Below, piece by piece: positions 1 through 10,903 of a stretch of 32,000 bases of DNA (within the stretch, counting starts at the first letter, position 1; the number at the start of each line of letters is the position of its first letter). Made by a program: the position numbers and the translations under genes. A model generated the notes under the pieces. That model did not search any database and had not been told where the DNA came from. It worked only from the letters and a program-made list of their open reading frames with translations. The stretch is from assembly GCF_002945325.1 (NCBI RefSeq), contig NZ_CP026606.1:1680001-1712000 (forward strand), read 5' to 3'. The DNA comes from Methanococcus maripaludis. Lineage in GTDB: Archaea; AGJL01; Methanococci; Methanococcales; Methanococcaceae.

Positions 1-1
1 G

Positions 2-841
2 TGTGCGGTTTTAGCAGCTTGCAACCCAAAAAGAGGTAGATTTGATAGAAACATGGGCGTAGTCGAACAGATTGGAATTCCAGCACCCTTGTTAAGCCGT
101 TTTGATTTGATATTCCCTTTAAAAGATTCCCCTGATAGGCGAAGGGATGCAGAGATTGCAGAACACATACTTGATACACACGTTGAAACTGCAACGAAAA
201 ACTATTCAAAAGTTCTTGGTTCAATCAAAATAGATGGAATAACTGTTGATGAAAATTTAATTAAGAATTATATAATTTATGCGAGAACCTGTGCATATTT
301 CGATGAAAATCATCATTTGTATGCTGGAGAGGTTGATGAAAGGAAAATAAAAAGTCCACCCCTTTCAAAAGGCGCCAAAAAATTGATTCGGGATTATTAC
401 GTTGACATGAGAAAGCTTGGGGAAGGAAACAATCCAGTCCCCGTTACTGCAAGACAATTAGAAGCTGCAATAAGAATTTCAGAAATGCATGCAAAAGCAA
501 GGCTTTCAAGAGAAGTAGAAGAAAAAGATGCGAAAATTGCAATTGATATAATTGAAGAATGTTTAAGGCAAGTTGCATATGATCCTGAAACTGGAAAATT
601 TGACATAGATAAAGGAATGGGTGAAATTCCAAAATCTAAAGTCGATAAAATGGATAAAATCGTGGATATTATTCGTGAACTTTCAGTATTAAGTAGCAAC
701 GGTCTTGCCGATGAATGCGATATTGTAGAAAAAGCTTCAGAATTTCAGATTTCTGAAAAGGATGTTTCAGACATGCTTTCAAAATTAAAGAAGAGTGCAG
801 ATGTATTCAGCCCAAAATATGGATATTATAGATTAACTTAA
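2..841 (+). CDS. mcm: Replicative DNA helicase MCM, C-terminal part (5' truncated by window edge)
   Basis: The frame stays open to base 2 (CAVLAACNPKRGRFDRNMGVVEQIGIPAPLLSRFDLIFPLKD), the MCM AAA+ 'AA(C)NP..GR(F/Y)...LLSRFDLIF' arginine-finger region, followed by a lid and winged-helix tail. The ORF-track start at 53 is internal. Confidence 0.95.
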   Translation, partial: CAVLAACNPKRGRFDRNMGVVEQIGIPAPLLSRFDLIFPLKDSPDRRRDAEIAEHILDTHVETATKNYSKVLGSIKIDGITVDENLIKNYIIYARTCAYFDENHHLYAGEVDERKIKSPPLSKGAKKLIRDYYVDMRKLGEGNNPVPVTARQLEAAIRISEMHAKARLSREVEEKDAKIAIDIIEECLRQVAYDPETGKFDIDKGMGEIPKSKVDKMDKIVDIIRELSVLSSNGLADECDIVEKASEFQISEKDVSDMLSKLKKSADVFSPKYGYYRLT

Positions 842-898
842 AATTATTTCTAAAATAAAGTCTTTTTTAATTTTTGTTTTACCATTTTTTCAGATAAG

Positions 899-906
899 TT
901 TATATA
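899..906 (+). promoter_or_regulatory. TATA box (TTTATATA) of the TetR gene
   Basis: Exact TTTATATA about 47 nt upstream of ATG 953; predicted TSS near 925-930. Confidence 0.6.
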
Positions 907-927
907 TACAAACGTCAATGTAAAGTA

Positions 928-947
928 CATACCTTCTGGTAGGTATG
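928..947. promoter_or_regulatory. Candidate TetR operator 1: CATACC-TTCTGGTA-GGTATG
   Basis: Inverted repeat with 6-bp arms at the predicted TSS; core ATACCnTCnGGTAGGTAT is shared with the site at 1599-1620. Confidence 0.65.
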
Positions 948-952
948 GTATC

Positions 953-1555
953 ATGAGTACAAAAGAAAAAATAGTGCAGAACGCTGCAAAGCTGTTTCTT
1001 ACAAAAGGATACAAGCAAACGTCTTTAAATGAAATAGCCGAAAAAACAGGTATTACTAAAGGTGGAATTTACCACCATTTTAAAGATAAAAATGAACTTT
1101 TTGTAGAAATGGCCGAGTATTTCAAATCTAAATTTGCTTCGCTTTTAACAAAAATGGAGCAAGAATCATCTTTAGAAGATTTGTTGAAGAATTATTTTGA
1201 AAATTCTGAAATTTTGATGCAGGAAATTGCAGAATATCTTGAATTAACTCTTAAAGATATCAAACATTTTTCAGAATTTCAATCAAGATTTACATTAGAT
1301 GCAATCCAATACGGTCCAAAAGATATGGACTTTACAATGCACACAAAATCGATGTATTCCCTTTTGAAAAAAAAGATAGAACTCGCCAAAAAAAATGGGG
1401 AGATTTTAGAAGAAATCGATTCAAAAGAAATTTCATTAGAGATTATTGCAATCATTGAGGGTTATTCAAATTTAAGGCGATTAAAATTAATGGATGACTC
1501 TTATGAATATGGAAATAAGTGCTTTGAACGATTGTGGAATCGAATAAAAAAATAA
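953..1555 (+). CDS. TetR/AcrR family transcriptional regulator
   Basis: N-terminal HTH typical of TetR: KIVQNAAKLFLTKGYKQTSLNEIAEKTGITKGGIYHHFKDKNELF; 200 aa. Confidence 0.93.
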   Translation: MSTKEKIVQNAAKLFLTKGYKQTSLNEIAEKTGITKGGIYHHFKDKNELFVEMAEYFKSKFASLLTKMEQESSLEDLLKNYFENSEILMQEIAEYLELTLKDIKHFSEFQSRFTLDAIQYGPKDMDFTMHTKSMYSLLKKKIELAKKNGEILEEIDSKEISLEIIAIIEGYSNLRRLKLMDDSYEYGNKCFERLWNRIKK

Positions 1556-1598
1556 ACGGCATGAAAAATACGAAAGATATGTTTTTTCATATTCGAGT

Positions 1599-1620
1599 AA
1601 ATACCATCCGGTAGGTATTT
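1599..1620. promoter_or_regulatory. Candidate TetR operator 2: AAATACC-ATCCGGTA-GGTATTT
   Basis: Inverted repeat with 7-bp arms and a CCGG centre, between the TetR gene and the RND exporter gene; same core as 928-947. Confidence 0.65.
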
Positions 1621-1638
1621 TTAAATACTGGTGATTAG

Positions 1639-2805
1639 ATGAAAGCCGAAAAAATCTTACAAAAAATAGCTGAGGCATCTGAACGACATCCTTTAAAAGT
1701 TGTCGCAGTTGTTATTGTCCTCACGATATTCATGGCTTTTTTAGCTACAGGTATTGAGTCTCAAACTGATTACGAAAAGATGGTTCCGCAAGATGATCCT
1801 GTAATTGTTGCTTTAAACGAAATACGGGATGAATTTGGCGGTACTGAGACTATAATGTTAGGGGTAAAACTAGTGCCCTCCGATAGCTCTGAAAAGGTAA
1901 CCGATATCCGTGATCCGCGAGTTTTAGATCTTGTGGACTTTTTAGAACAGGATATTGGGAGTATGGATATGATAACATCCGTTAGTTCAAGAGCGGATGT
2001 TTTAAAGGCCTATAACAATGATGTTATTCCAAATGACATTGCAACCGTAAAGACAATTTATCAAAATCTGCCCGAAAGTTCTCGAGATGGTATATTTAAC
2101 AACGATTATTCAATGGTTGTAGTTTATGCAACAACTGATGCGGGAACTGATGACAAAAAGATACTTGTTAAAGATATAAATTCACGATTGGACGAAGCTC
2201 CAATTCCTCCTGGAGTTGAAGTGATCACAACAGGTACTCCTGCACTGAGTGAACTTTTAAAGAGAATGATGGATGAAAGCCAGGCAGTAACGGGTCTTGC
2301 TTCGCTTTTAGCGATCTTTACAATATTATTATTGTACTTTAGAAATATTGTAAAATCAGTACTTCCATTAATACCGGTCGTGGTTGCAGTTATCTGGGCC
2401 GCAGGTTCAATGGCGATATTTAAAATTCCAATGGATACTGCAACATCTGTTATGGGCTCCCTTCTTTTAGGGCTTGGTATCGATTACGGGGTTCACCTGT
2501 TCCACCGATATGAAGAGGAACTTGGAGATGGAAAAAGCATGGATGAAGCAATAAATATTGCAGTAGTAAGTACGGGAAGTGCAGTTTTGGTAACTACTGC
2601 AACAACAATGGCAGGTTTTGCTGCATTAACAATTGCGCCATTATCAATGATGGCAAACATGGGTAAAGTCTGTACATTGGGTATATTCTTCTGTATGGCT
2701 GCAGTTATCTGTTTATTGCCTCCATTAATCGTAATTGAAGAAAGATACACAAGACCATTCCTCAAAAAACTTACCTTAAAATTAAAAGGTGAATCAAATG
2801 AGTAA
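1639..2805 (+). CDS. RND superfamily (MMPL/HAE3-like) exporter, single-repeat ('half') protein
   Basis: N-terminal TM, periplasmic-type loop (TGIESQTDYEKMVPQDDPVIVALNEIRDEFGG), TM block with GLGIDYGVHLFHRYEEEL and AVLVTTATTMAGFAALTIAPLSMMANMG. RBS GGTGAT at 1630-1635. Confidence 0.9.
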   Translation: MKAEKILQKIAEASERHPLKVVAVVIVLTIFMAFLATGIESQTDYEKMVPQDDPVIVALNEIRDEFGGTETIMLGVKLVPSDSSEKVTDIRDPRVLDLVDFLEQDIGSMDMITSVSSRADVLKAYNNDVIPNDIATVKTIYQNLPESSRDGIFNNDYSMVVVYATTDAGTDDKKILVKDINSRLDEAPIPPGVEVITTGTPALSELLKRMMDESQAVTGLASLLAIFTILLLYFRNIVKSVLPLIPVVVAVIWAAGSMAIFKIPMDTATSVMGSLLLGLGIDYGVHLFHRYEEELGDGKSMDEAINIAVVSTGSAVLVTTATTMAGFAALTIAPLSMMANMGKVCTLGIFFCMAAVICLLPPLIVIEERYTRPFLKKLTLKLKGESNE

Positions 2806-4369
2806 ATTATCAAAAATAATTTTAGCAATTGGGCTTCTGTCAATTCTTGTAACTGCAGTTTCTGCACTTGAAATTGACGAGCCACAGTATAACCCAAACG
2901 TTATACACCCTGGAGATGACGTTGATGTATGGATTGATGTCGCAAATGACGAAGGATCTGACGAAATAATTGAAGACTTAAGAATAAGCGTAGAATCAAA
3001 CTATCCCTTTGAAGTAAAGCAAGTAAACCCGACAAAAGGCGTTTACGAGATTTCTCAATTAAATGAAGGGGAAAGTGATACAGCATACTTTAAATTACAT
3101 ATAAACGACGATGCATCATCAAGAGACTACAGGCTCGATGTAACGGTTTCATACGATATTGTGGAATACGATGGTGACGACAGACAAGTTATCTCAAAAT
3201 CATACACAAAAATCTACTATATCCCAGTATACGGCCTTGCAAACTTTGAAATTAACTCAGATGGAGTTACTTTAACTCCTGCAAAAACTGAAAACGTTCA
3301 AATTAAGGTAACAAACAAAGGAACTGGAACTGCAAAAGAAGCAACTTTGACAATTGGTTCAAACGATTTAATAAACCCAATTGATACAACCAAGTTCTAT
3401 CTGGGAAGTTTAAGCCCCGACATTACAAAATTACTCTCCCTTAATTTACATGCAAGCGGAGATGCAACTGAAGGATCATACCTAATTCCTGCAACATTAT
3501 CATGGATTGATTCAGATGGAACCGAAAACTCTGAAGTAATAAACATAGGCTTCATTGTCGAAGGAGACATCAATTTAGGAATTTCAAATGTAATAACTGA
3601 TCCTACTGAGATAAAAGCTCAGGAAACTTACGTAAAAATTGACGTTGATTTAACAAACAACGGACACGGCGAAGCTAAAAACATTGAAATTGATTTACTC
3701 TCAGAATATCCATTTAAAGACTCATGGAGTAATTCAAACTTCAAAAACATCGGAACACTAACTTCAGGAGATACAAAAACTGCAACATTCTATATCGATG
3801 TAGATAAGGATGCAGAGGCAAAACACTACTCAGTTCCATTAAATATCACGTATATGGACATATTCGATGAAGAACACTCTGAAATGGAGTATATTGATTT
3901 ATATATCAAACCAAAACCAGTACTTGAAATCCTCCCAGAAACCTACACTTTAAAAGCAGGAGACGAAAACACAATTACTTTGACTCTCCAAAACACAGGC
4001 TCAGAAAAAGCTCAAAGTGTAAAAATAACGGCAATTAAAAACACAGCTCAACCATTTGAGTACACTCAAAAAACTGATTCAATCGGAACACTCGACACCA
4101 ACGAAACGGGTGAAGGACAGTTAATAATCGATGTGGATTCAGATGCAGCAAATAAAGAGTATTTAATTACTGTAGAAGTTAGGAGCGTTGGAGACTCTGA
4201 AGAAGGAGACGACAATGTATACATTTCACAAAAAACTATTAGGGTAAACGTTGAAGGCGGAAGCAACTCAACACTAGTTTATCTAGTAGTATTGCTGCTT
4301 GTCGGTGGTTTAGGATACTATATGTACCTTAAACGGAAAAAAGGTAAAGCAACAGAAGAAACTGAATAA
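2798..4369 (+). CDS. Secreted, membrane-anchored COG1361-like protein with Ig/NEW3-CARDB-type domains
   Basis: Signal peptide MSKLSKIILAIGLLSILVTAVSA, repeated NVQIKVTNKGTGTAKEATL / ENTITLTLQNTGSEKAQSVKI modules, C-terminal TM plus KRKK. ATG at 2798 follows AAGGTGA; the ORF-track start 2789 is GTG inside the RBS. Confidence 0.8.
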   Translation: MSKLSKIILAIGLLSILVTAVSALEIDEPQYNPNVIHPGDDVDVWIDVANDEGSDEIIEDLRISVESNYPFEVKQVNPTKGVYEISQLNEGESDTAYFKLHINDDASSRDYRLDVTVSYDIVEYDGDDRQVISKSYTKIYYIPVYGLANFEINSDGVTLTPAKTENVQIKVTNKGTGTAKEATLTIGSNDLINPIDTTKFYLGSLSPDITKLLSLNLHASGDATEGSYLIPATLSWIDSDGTENSEVINIGFIVEGDINLGISNVITDPTEIKAQETYVKIDVDLTNNGHGEAKNIEIDLLSEYPFKDSWSNSNFKNIGTLTSGDTKTATFYIDVDKDAEAKHYSVPLNITYMDIFDEEHSEMEYIDLYIKPKPVLEILPETYTLKAGDENTITLTLQNTGSEKAQSVKITAIKNTAQPFEYTQKTDSIGTLDTNETGEGQLIIDVDSDAANKEYLITVEVRSVGDSEEGDDNVYISQKTIRVNVEGGSNSTLVYLVVLLLVGGLGYYMYLKRKKGKATEETE

Positions 4370-4490
4370 TCTTTTTTAAATTTTTTAATTTTCTATTTTT
4401 TAATTTTAAATGTTTTACCAATTAGGTTTATTTAATTGTAAACCAAATGTCTATTGATGAGTAATTTTGAAATTCAGGGGATTGGTAATC

Positions 4491-5495
4491 TTGAACAGTA
4501 AAGAATATGATATTTTATCGCGATTATTTATGGTATTTTCATTTTTTGCACTCATTTACATGTTATGGCCGTTTATGGGGATTATTGCGCTTGCAGTTGC
4601 AGTTGCATACATGACAAAACCCCTTTATGATATTTTAAAACCAAAATTTGGAAGAACTTATGGTGCAATAATCTGCCTTCTTGGAATTGTAATTCCATCT
4701 TTACTTTTGGTTGTACTGGTTGCAGAAGATGTTGTAACGTTTTTACTTTCACTTGATATTGAAAATATCATTACAAAAGTTACTCCAATTTTAAATGATA
4801 TTGGATATTTGAGGGTAGATGGTCCAGACGTTTCAAAACCGTTTTCTGATATCTGGAGTGTTTCAAAACCGTTACTCAATAGTTTTGCATCGCAAATTTC
4901 TTCAATCCCGTCATTACTGATGAAACTACTGTTCCTGTCGTTCATGACATTTTACTTTTTGAAAGATGGGGATAAACTGACGGATAGTTTTTTGATTTAC
5001 GTTCCCGATGATAAAAAAAGGAATACTGCACTTTTTCTAAGTGAGATACACAAGGCTTTAAAGACGTTATTTATTGGAAACGCTGTTACCTCGGTAATTG
5101 TTGGAATTATTTCGATAATAGGCTATTGGCTTATTGGAATTCCAAACCCGATTACACTTGGTGCACTTTCAGGAATACTAAATATTTTGCCGGTGGTTGG
5201 TGGCTGGACAATATACGTTCCACTTACTGTATATTACTTGTTAACTGGAGAAATTGCTAAGGGAATACTTTTAGGATTATTTGGAATTGTATTTTTATCT
5301 TTAGCACCGGATTTTGCAATAAGGCCCCGTGTAATTTCAAAAGACGGAGATTTGCACCCTGCACTTGTTTTAATCGCATTTTTAATTGGACCGTTGGTTT
5401 TTGGAATACCGGGGCTTGCAATCGGGCCGATAATTGTTTCAACGGTGTATGCAATCCATAAAGTTAGAAGATTAATCGAAAAAAAGAATAATTAA
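4491..5495 (+). CDS. AI-2E family transporter/permease (PerM-like)
   Basis: Multi-TM protein with GIPNPITLGALSGILNILPVVGGWTIYVPLTVYYLLTGE, RPRVISKDGDLHPALVLIAFLIGPLVFGIPGLAIGPIIV. Start uncertain: TTG 4467 in track, TTG 4491 also plausible. Confidence 0.88.
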   Translation: MNSKEYDILSRLFMVFSFFALIYMLWPFMGIIALAVAVAYMTKPLYDILKPKFGRTYGAIICLLGIVIPSLLLVVLVAEDVVTFLLSLDIENIITKVTPILNDIGYLRVDGPDVSKPFSDIWSVSKPLLNSFASQISSIPSLLMKLLFLSFMTFYFLKDGDKLTDSFLIYVPDDKKRNTALFLSEIHKALKTLFIGNAVTSVIVGIISIIGYWLIGIPNPITLGALSGILNILPVVGGWTIYVPLTVYYLLTGEIAKGILLGLFGIVFLSLAPDFAIRPRVISKDGDLHPALVLIAFLIGPLVFGIPGLAIGPIIVSTVYAIHKVRRLIEKKNN

Positions 5496-5500
5496 TATTT

Positions 5501-6319
5501 TTAATATTTATTTTTTGTAAATACAAATATTACAAATAATGCTGCTAAAAGGAAGCCTAAATAAACTAAAATACCTTCAAAACCAATGTTTTTTGAAATT
5601 TCGGAAACTTCAGAAATATTTTTTGAAGTATTTTTTGAAATGGATATATTTTCAGAAACATTTTCAAAAATTTCTATTTTTTCAGATTCTTCAAAATTTT
5701 TAAAAAGATCGTAGTTTTCGCCTGCATATACTGTGACTTTTTCTGAATAGTTTCCAAAAATTTCAGAAGAAAGCCTTAGAAAGTGGTTTCCTTCTTTAAT
5801 TGATACGTTTAAGGGCGTGTTTCCCACATAATTTCCATCCACATATATTGGCATATTTTTAGGGTTTGAGTTTATAGAATAAATTCCGCGACCTTCACTT
5901 ATTTTGTAGTTAAATTTTTTTTGAATGGTTTTTGGACCTACGTATACCTCATTTTCTGAATCATAATCGTAATACTGAATAAAAATTTTTCCGGATTTTT
6001 CACCGAGTTCTGCATTTTTTGAAGCATTTATTTTAAAAGATACTTTAATCACTGTTCCATCGTTAATAACTGGAATTTCGATATTTTTTGGAGTTATTTT
6101 TACGTTATCTTCGTAAATTTCAGGAACTGCCGTTATATTATATGCACTGGATACTCCACCAACTTCCTCAATTTCAAGATAAATTCTTTCAGTGCTTCCC
6201 CTTTCGATTTCAGGAGTTGAAGCGCTTGCATCAAGGTATGGCACTGCTGAAACTGAAACAATATTTAAAATAATACATATTAAAAGGATAAATAAAGATT
6301 TTTTAAACATGATTATCAC
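5501..6319 (-). CDS. PEGA-domain surface protein with signal peptide and C-terminal TM
   Basis: GIYSINSNPKNMPIYVDGNYVGNTPLNVSIKEGNHFLRLSSEIFGNYSEKVTVYAGE is a PEGA domain; N-terminal hydrophobic signal; C-terminal GFLLAALFVIFVFTKNKY. ATG at 6310 is an alternative start. Confidence 0.8.
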   Translation of the reverse strand: MIIMFKKSLFILLICIILNIVSVSAVPYLDASASTPEIERGSTERIYLEIEEVGGVSSAYNITAVPEIYEDNVKITPKNIEIPVINDGTVIKVSFKINASKNAELGEKSGKIFIQYYDYDSENEVYVGPKTIQKKFNYKISEGRGIYSINSNPKNMPIYVDGNYVGNTPLNVSIKEGNHFLRLSSEIFGNYSEKVTVYAGENYDLFKNFEESEKIEIFENVSENISISKNTSKNISEVSEISKNIGFEGILVYLGFLLAALFVIFVFTKNKY

Positions 6320-6377
6320 GTTTAGATATATGTTTTAAAAGTTTAAAAAAAGTAAGGGTATGGTTTAAATCAACAGT

Positions 6378-7856
6378 TTAAATCAGCAAATTGATTCCAT
6401 CCATCATGGCTTCAACAGACGCCATTACAACGTCTCCGTGTGCTTTTTTGACTTCTACAACTTCGTTTCCTTTTCTCAAGTGAACTACTACTTCAATTAA
6501 AGCATCAGTTCCTCCAGTCATTGCACGAACACTGTAATCTTCAAGTTCAATATCTGCAACTCCGGTGAGTGCTTTTTTAACTGCATTAATTGCCGCATCA
6601 ACTGGACCAAGACCGTATGCTGCTTCACGGACATTGTCTTTGATATTGCAGTCGTTTGCAAATTTTAAGTTTATTGATGCAAGAGGCGATACTTTGTTTC
6701 CTGATACAACCGTAATTTCATCGAGAATTACTTTTCTTTCAAGTTCAACTCCTCGAACCTGATTTATGATGGTTTTTAAATCTACATCGCTAATGTATTT
6801 TCCAAGATCCCCAAAAGCCTTAATTTTTGAATATGTTTCTTCAAATTCTTCATGACTCAATCCAATGTTCATTATTTCAAGTTTATATTTTAAAGCAGCT
6901 TTTCCGCTGTGTTTTCCAAGTATAATTTTTCTCCTGTTTCCAACTGTTTCAGGATGAATTGGCTCATAAGTTTCCGTACTTTTCATAAGGCCGTCAACGT
7001 GAATTCCTGCTTCATGGGCAAAGGCGTTGTCACCAACAAGCGCCTTATTTGCGGGAACTGGAATTTTCATATATTTTGAAACAATTCTTGAAATTTTATG
7101 GAGTTTTTCAGTATCAATTCCAGTTTCTATATCGTACAGTGATTTTAAACTCATAACTACTTCTTCAAGTGACGCATTTCCTGCCCTTTCGCCGATACCA
7201 TTAATTGTAACGTGGCACTGGTCTGCACCCGCACTTATTGCAGAAATTGTATTTGCGGTAGCCATTCCAAAATCGTTGTGACAGTGGATTGAAACTGGAA
7301 TTTTTATTGTATTTTTCATTGTTTTTATAAGATCTATTGCTTTTAAGGGCGTTAAAATACCGACAGTATCACAAACACAGATTCTATCAGCTTTTAGTTC
7401 TTCTCCTTTTAAGAATAGTTCTTTTAAAAATTCAACGTCGCTTCTTGTTGCATCTTCTGCTGAAAGTTCGACGATTAAACCATGATCTTTAGCATACTCT
7501 ACAGCGTGCATTGCATCTTTTAAATTTTCTTCACGACTTTTCCTTAATTTGTAGGTCATGTGGATGTCTGAAGTTGGAACGACTAAATGGACGCTGTCAA
7601 CATCACAGGAAAGTGCAGCATCAATATCTACTGGAAGGGCCCTTACAAATGAAGATATTTCAGCATTTAAATTCTGCCCTGTAACCAGTTTCATGGCTTC
7701 TCGTTCCCCTTTTGAGGTTATTGCACTTCCTGCCTCGATAATATTTACACCAAGTTCATCAAGTTTTATTGCCAGTTCGAGTTTTTCACTTGGAGATAGT
7801 GAGACCCCCGGAGTTTGTTCTCCATCCCTCAATGTAGTATCGAATATGTTAACCAT
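6378..7856 (-). CDS. cimA: (R)-citramalate synthase (LeuA/CimA/AksA family)
   Basis: MVNIFDTTLRDGEQTPGVSL, CHNDFGMATANT, HEAGIHVDG, GKHSGKAALK; closest recalled match is M. jannaschii MJ1392 (CimA). Start placed at ATG 7856 after GAGAGGAT; the track ORF begins at 7874. Confidence 0.85.
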   Translation of the reverse strand: MVNIFDTTLRDGEQTPGVSLSPSEKLELAIKLDELGVNIIEAGSAITSKGEREAMKLVTGQNLNAEISSFVRALPVDIDAALSCDVDSVHLVVPTSDIHMTYKLRKSREENLKDAMHAVEYAKDHGLIVELSAEDATRSDVEFLKELFLKGEELKADRICVCDTVGILTPLKAIDLIKTMKNTIKIPVSIHCHNDFGMATANTISAISAGADQCHVTINGIGERAGNASLEEVVMSLKSLYDIETGIDTEKLHKISRIVSKYMKIPVPANKALVGDNAFAHEAGIHVDGLMKSTETYEPIHPETVGNRRKIILGKHSGKAALKYKLEIMNIGLSHEEFEETYSKIKAFGDLGKYISDVDLKTIINQVRGVELERKVILDEITVVSGNKVSPLASINLKFANDCNIKDNVREAAYGLGPVDAAINAVKKALTGVADIELEDYSVRAMTGGTDALIEVVVHLRKGNEVVEVKKAHGDVVMASVEAMMDGINLLI

Positions 7857-7951
7857 TTTATCCTCTCGCACCATTAGTTTTAGTATTTAGCCAATTGAAT
7901 GATAAGTTTAAATAATATTTCACTGATTAATTGATAAACCATAATATTTGA

Positions 7952-9412
<1,461 letters not shown>

Positions 9413-9450
9413 AAACTCTTAATTTTTCTAAAAAATAAATAAAAAAAGAA

Positions 9451-10707
9451 TTACTCCTCATTTTCGGGAGTTTCAATAGTTTCTGAAAATTCTTCAGCCA
9501 TTATTTCTTTTTTACCAACATTTAATGATTTGGACTGTCTTTTTTCTTTATCAATGTTCATCTGTTTTTTTACAGAATCAAGCGCATCTTTTAATACTTC
9601 AATAAAGTCCCATCTCTGTTTTTCGGCAACTAATTCCATTTCTTCGCCGTCCCAGTCTATTCTTTTGGTTGATGAAAGTTTTGGTTTTCCTTCTGCAACG
9701 TAAAGTTTTCTTGGAGTTTTTACGTACGTTTTTACACTGTAGTTTGGCACTCCACCTTTATCCCTTTCTTTTTTAACAGCTAATTTAATCCAGTGGATTT
9801 TTTTCGAATAAATGGCAATTTTCTTAATTTCATTAAATAATATCCTTTCTGCAAGTTCTCTCTGGTCTTCGTCAAAATCACCTTGAATTTCAACTTCAAC
9901 CATTGATTCAGCTCTTAAATCCCTTAAGTATTTTAAAATATCAAGTCTTGTAACGATACCTCTTAATGTATCGTTTTTAAATATTGGAATTCCTCTAATA
10001 TCTTGTTGTTCGAGTATTTCTGCTACTTCCGCAACTGAATCGCCTATATTTGCAGTAATAAGTGGTTTATTTATTATCATTGATACGGGCTGGGCCATTC
10101 TAGGCACTTTATTGCCAGTAAGTTCTCCAACTGTCATTTTGGTTTTTGGTTTGAAGACTTTTTTAACGATATCGTCTTCTGTAACCATTCCAATAGGCTT
10201 TCCATCCATATCGAGTACAATTAGTCTTCCGATGTTATATTTCATCATTAAACTTCTTGCCTTACCGATACTTTCATCGATATCAATTGTGACGGGGCTT
10301 TTCGTCATTATTTTATCGATTTTAACGTCTTTCAAAAGCTCTGACTCTGCTGCGCACTTCATGACATCGTAATCAGTAATAATTCCAATTAGTTTGTCAT
10401 TTTCGTCGATAACTGGAGCTACTCTCTGACCGCTGTTAATCATTTCAAAAGCGGCATCAATCACCTGCGTATTCATTTTTACACAAAATGGTCTAAACAT
10501 CAGATCTTCAACCTGTTGATGCACAGAGTTTCCAAGTAGCAAATCATGCATTGTTACTAGATATATGTCATCATCTTTCTCAACTATCAAATTATGGAAT
10601 TTTTTGTTTTCCATAGTTCCGACAGCTTTTGATATTGGCGTATCAGGACTTACTGTAACAACGTCTTTTGTGGCTATGTCAATTACTTGCTCTTTCAAGA
10701 CTTTCAC
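9451..10707 (-). CDS. Protein with four CBS domains and a C-terminal domain resembling HPF/S30AE
   Basis: CBS signatures: VIDIATKDVVTVSPDTPISKAVGTM; MFRPFCVKMNTQVIDAAFEMINSGQRVAPVIDENDKLIGIITDYDVM; KIMTKSPVTIDIDESIGKARSLM..MDGKPIGMVTEDDIV; MINKPLITANIGDSVAEVAEILEQQDIRGIPIF. A start at TTG 10698 is possible (SD AGGGGTGA). Confidence 0.85.
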   Translation of the reverse strand: MKVLKEQVIDIATKDVVTVSPDTPISKAVGTMENKKFHNLIVEKDDDIYLVTMHDLLLGNSVHQQVEDLMFRPFCVKMNTQVIDAAFEMINSGQRVAPVIDENDKLIGIITDYDVMKCAAESELLKDVKIDKIMTKSPVTIDIDESIGKARSLMMKYNIGRLIVLDMDGKPIGMVTEDDIVKKVFKPKTKMTVGELTGNKVPRMAQPVSMIINKPLITANIGDSVAEVAEILEQQDIRGIPIFKNDTLRGIVTRLDILKYLRDLRAESMVEVEIQGDFDEDQRELAERILFNEIKKIAIYSKKIHWIKLAVKKERDKGGVPNYSVKTYVKTPRKLYVAEGKPKLSSTKRIDWDGEEMELVAEKQRWDFIEVLKDALDSVKKQMNIDKEKRQSKSLNVGKKEIMAEEFSETIETPENEE

Positions 10708-10903
10708 CCCTTTTCGAGTCCATGGTATATTTTATGATTTTGAGATTTTATATGGTTTCCGATATGATTTTGAAAAAGCAGTGATAATTCTCCGTTTTGG
10801 CGGGTTAAGAAGAGTATATTGATATTCATGGAATTAAATATTTAAGTTAAAATTTGTATGTTAATCATAAATTCCGTTGTTTTAACAAAAGAACCATTAA
10901 TAA

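Noticed and set aside
397-699. Antisense ORFs inside MCM (397-699 -, 444-632 -)
   Set aside because: Fully contained within a well-supported CDS, no RBS or family motifs; Ser/Leu-rich shadow translations typical of AT-rich genes.
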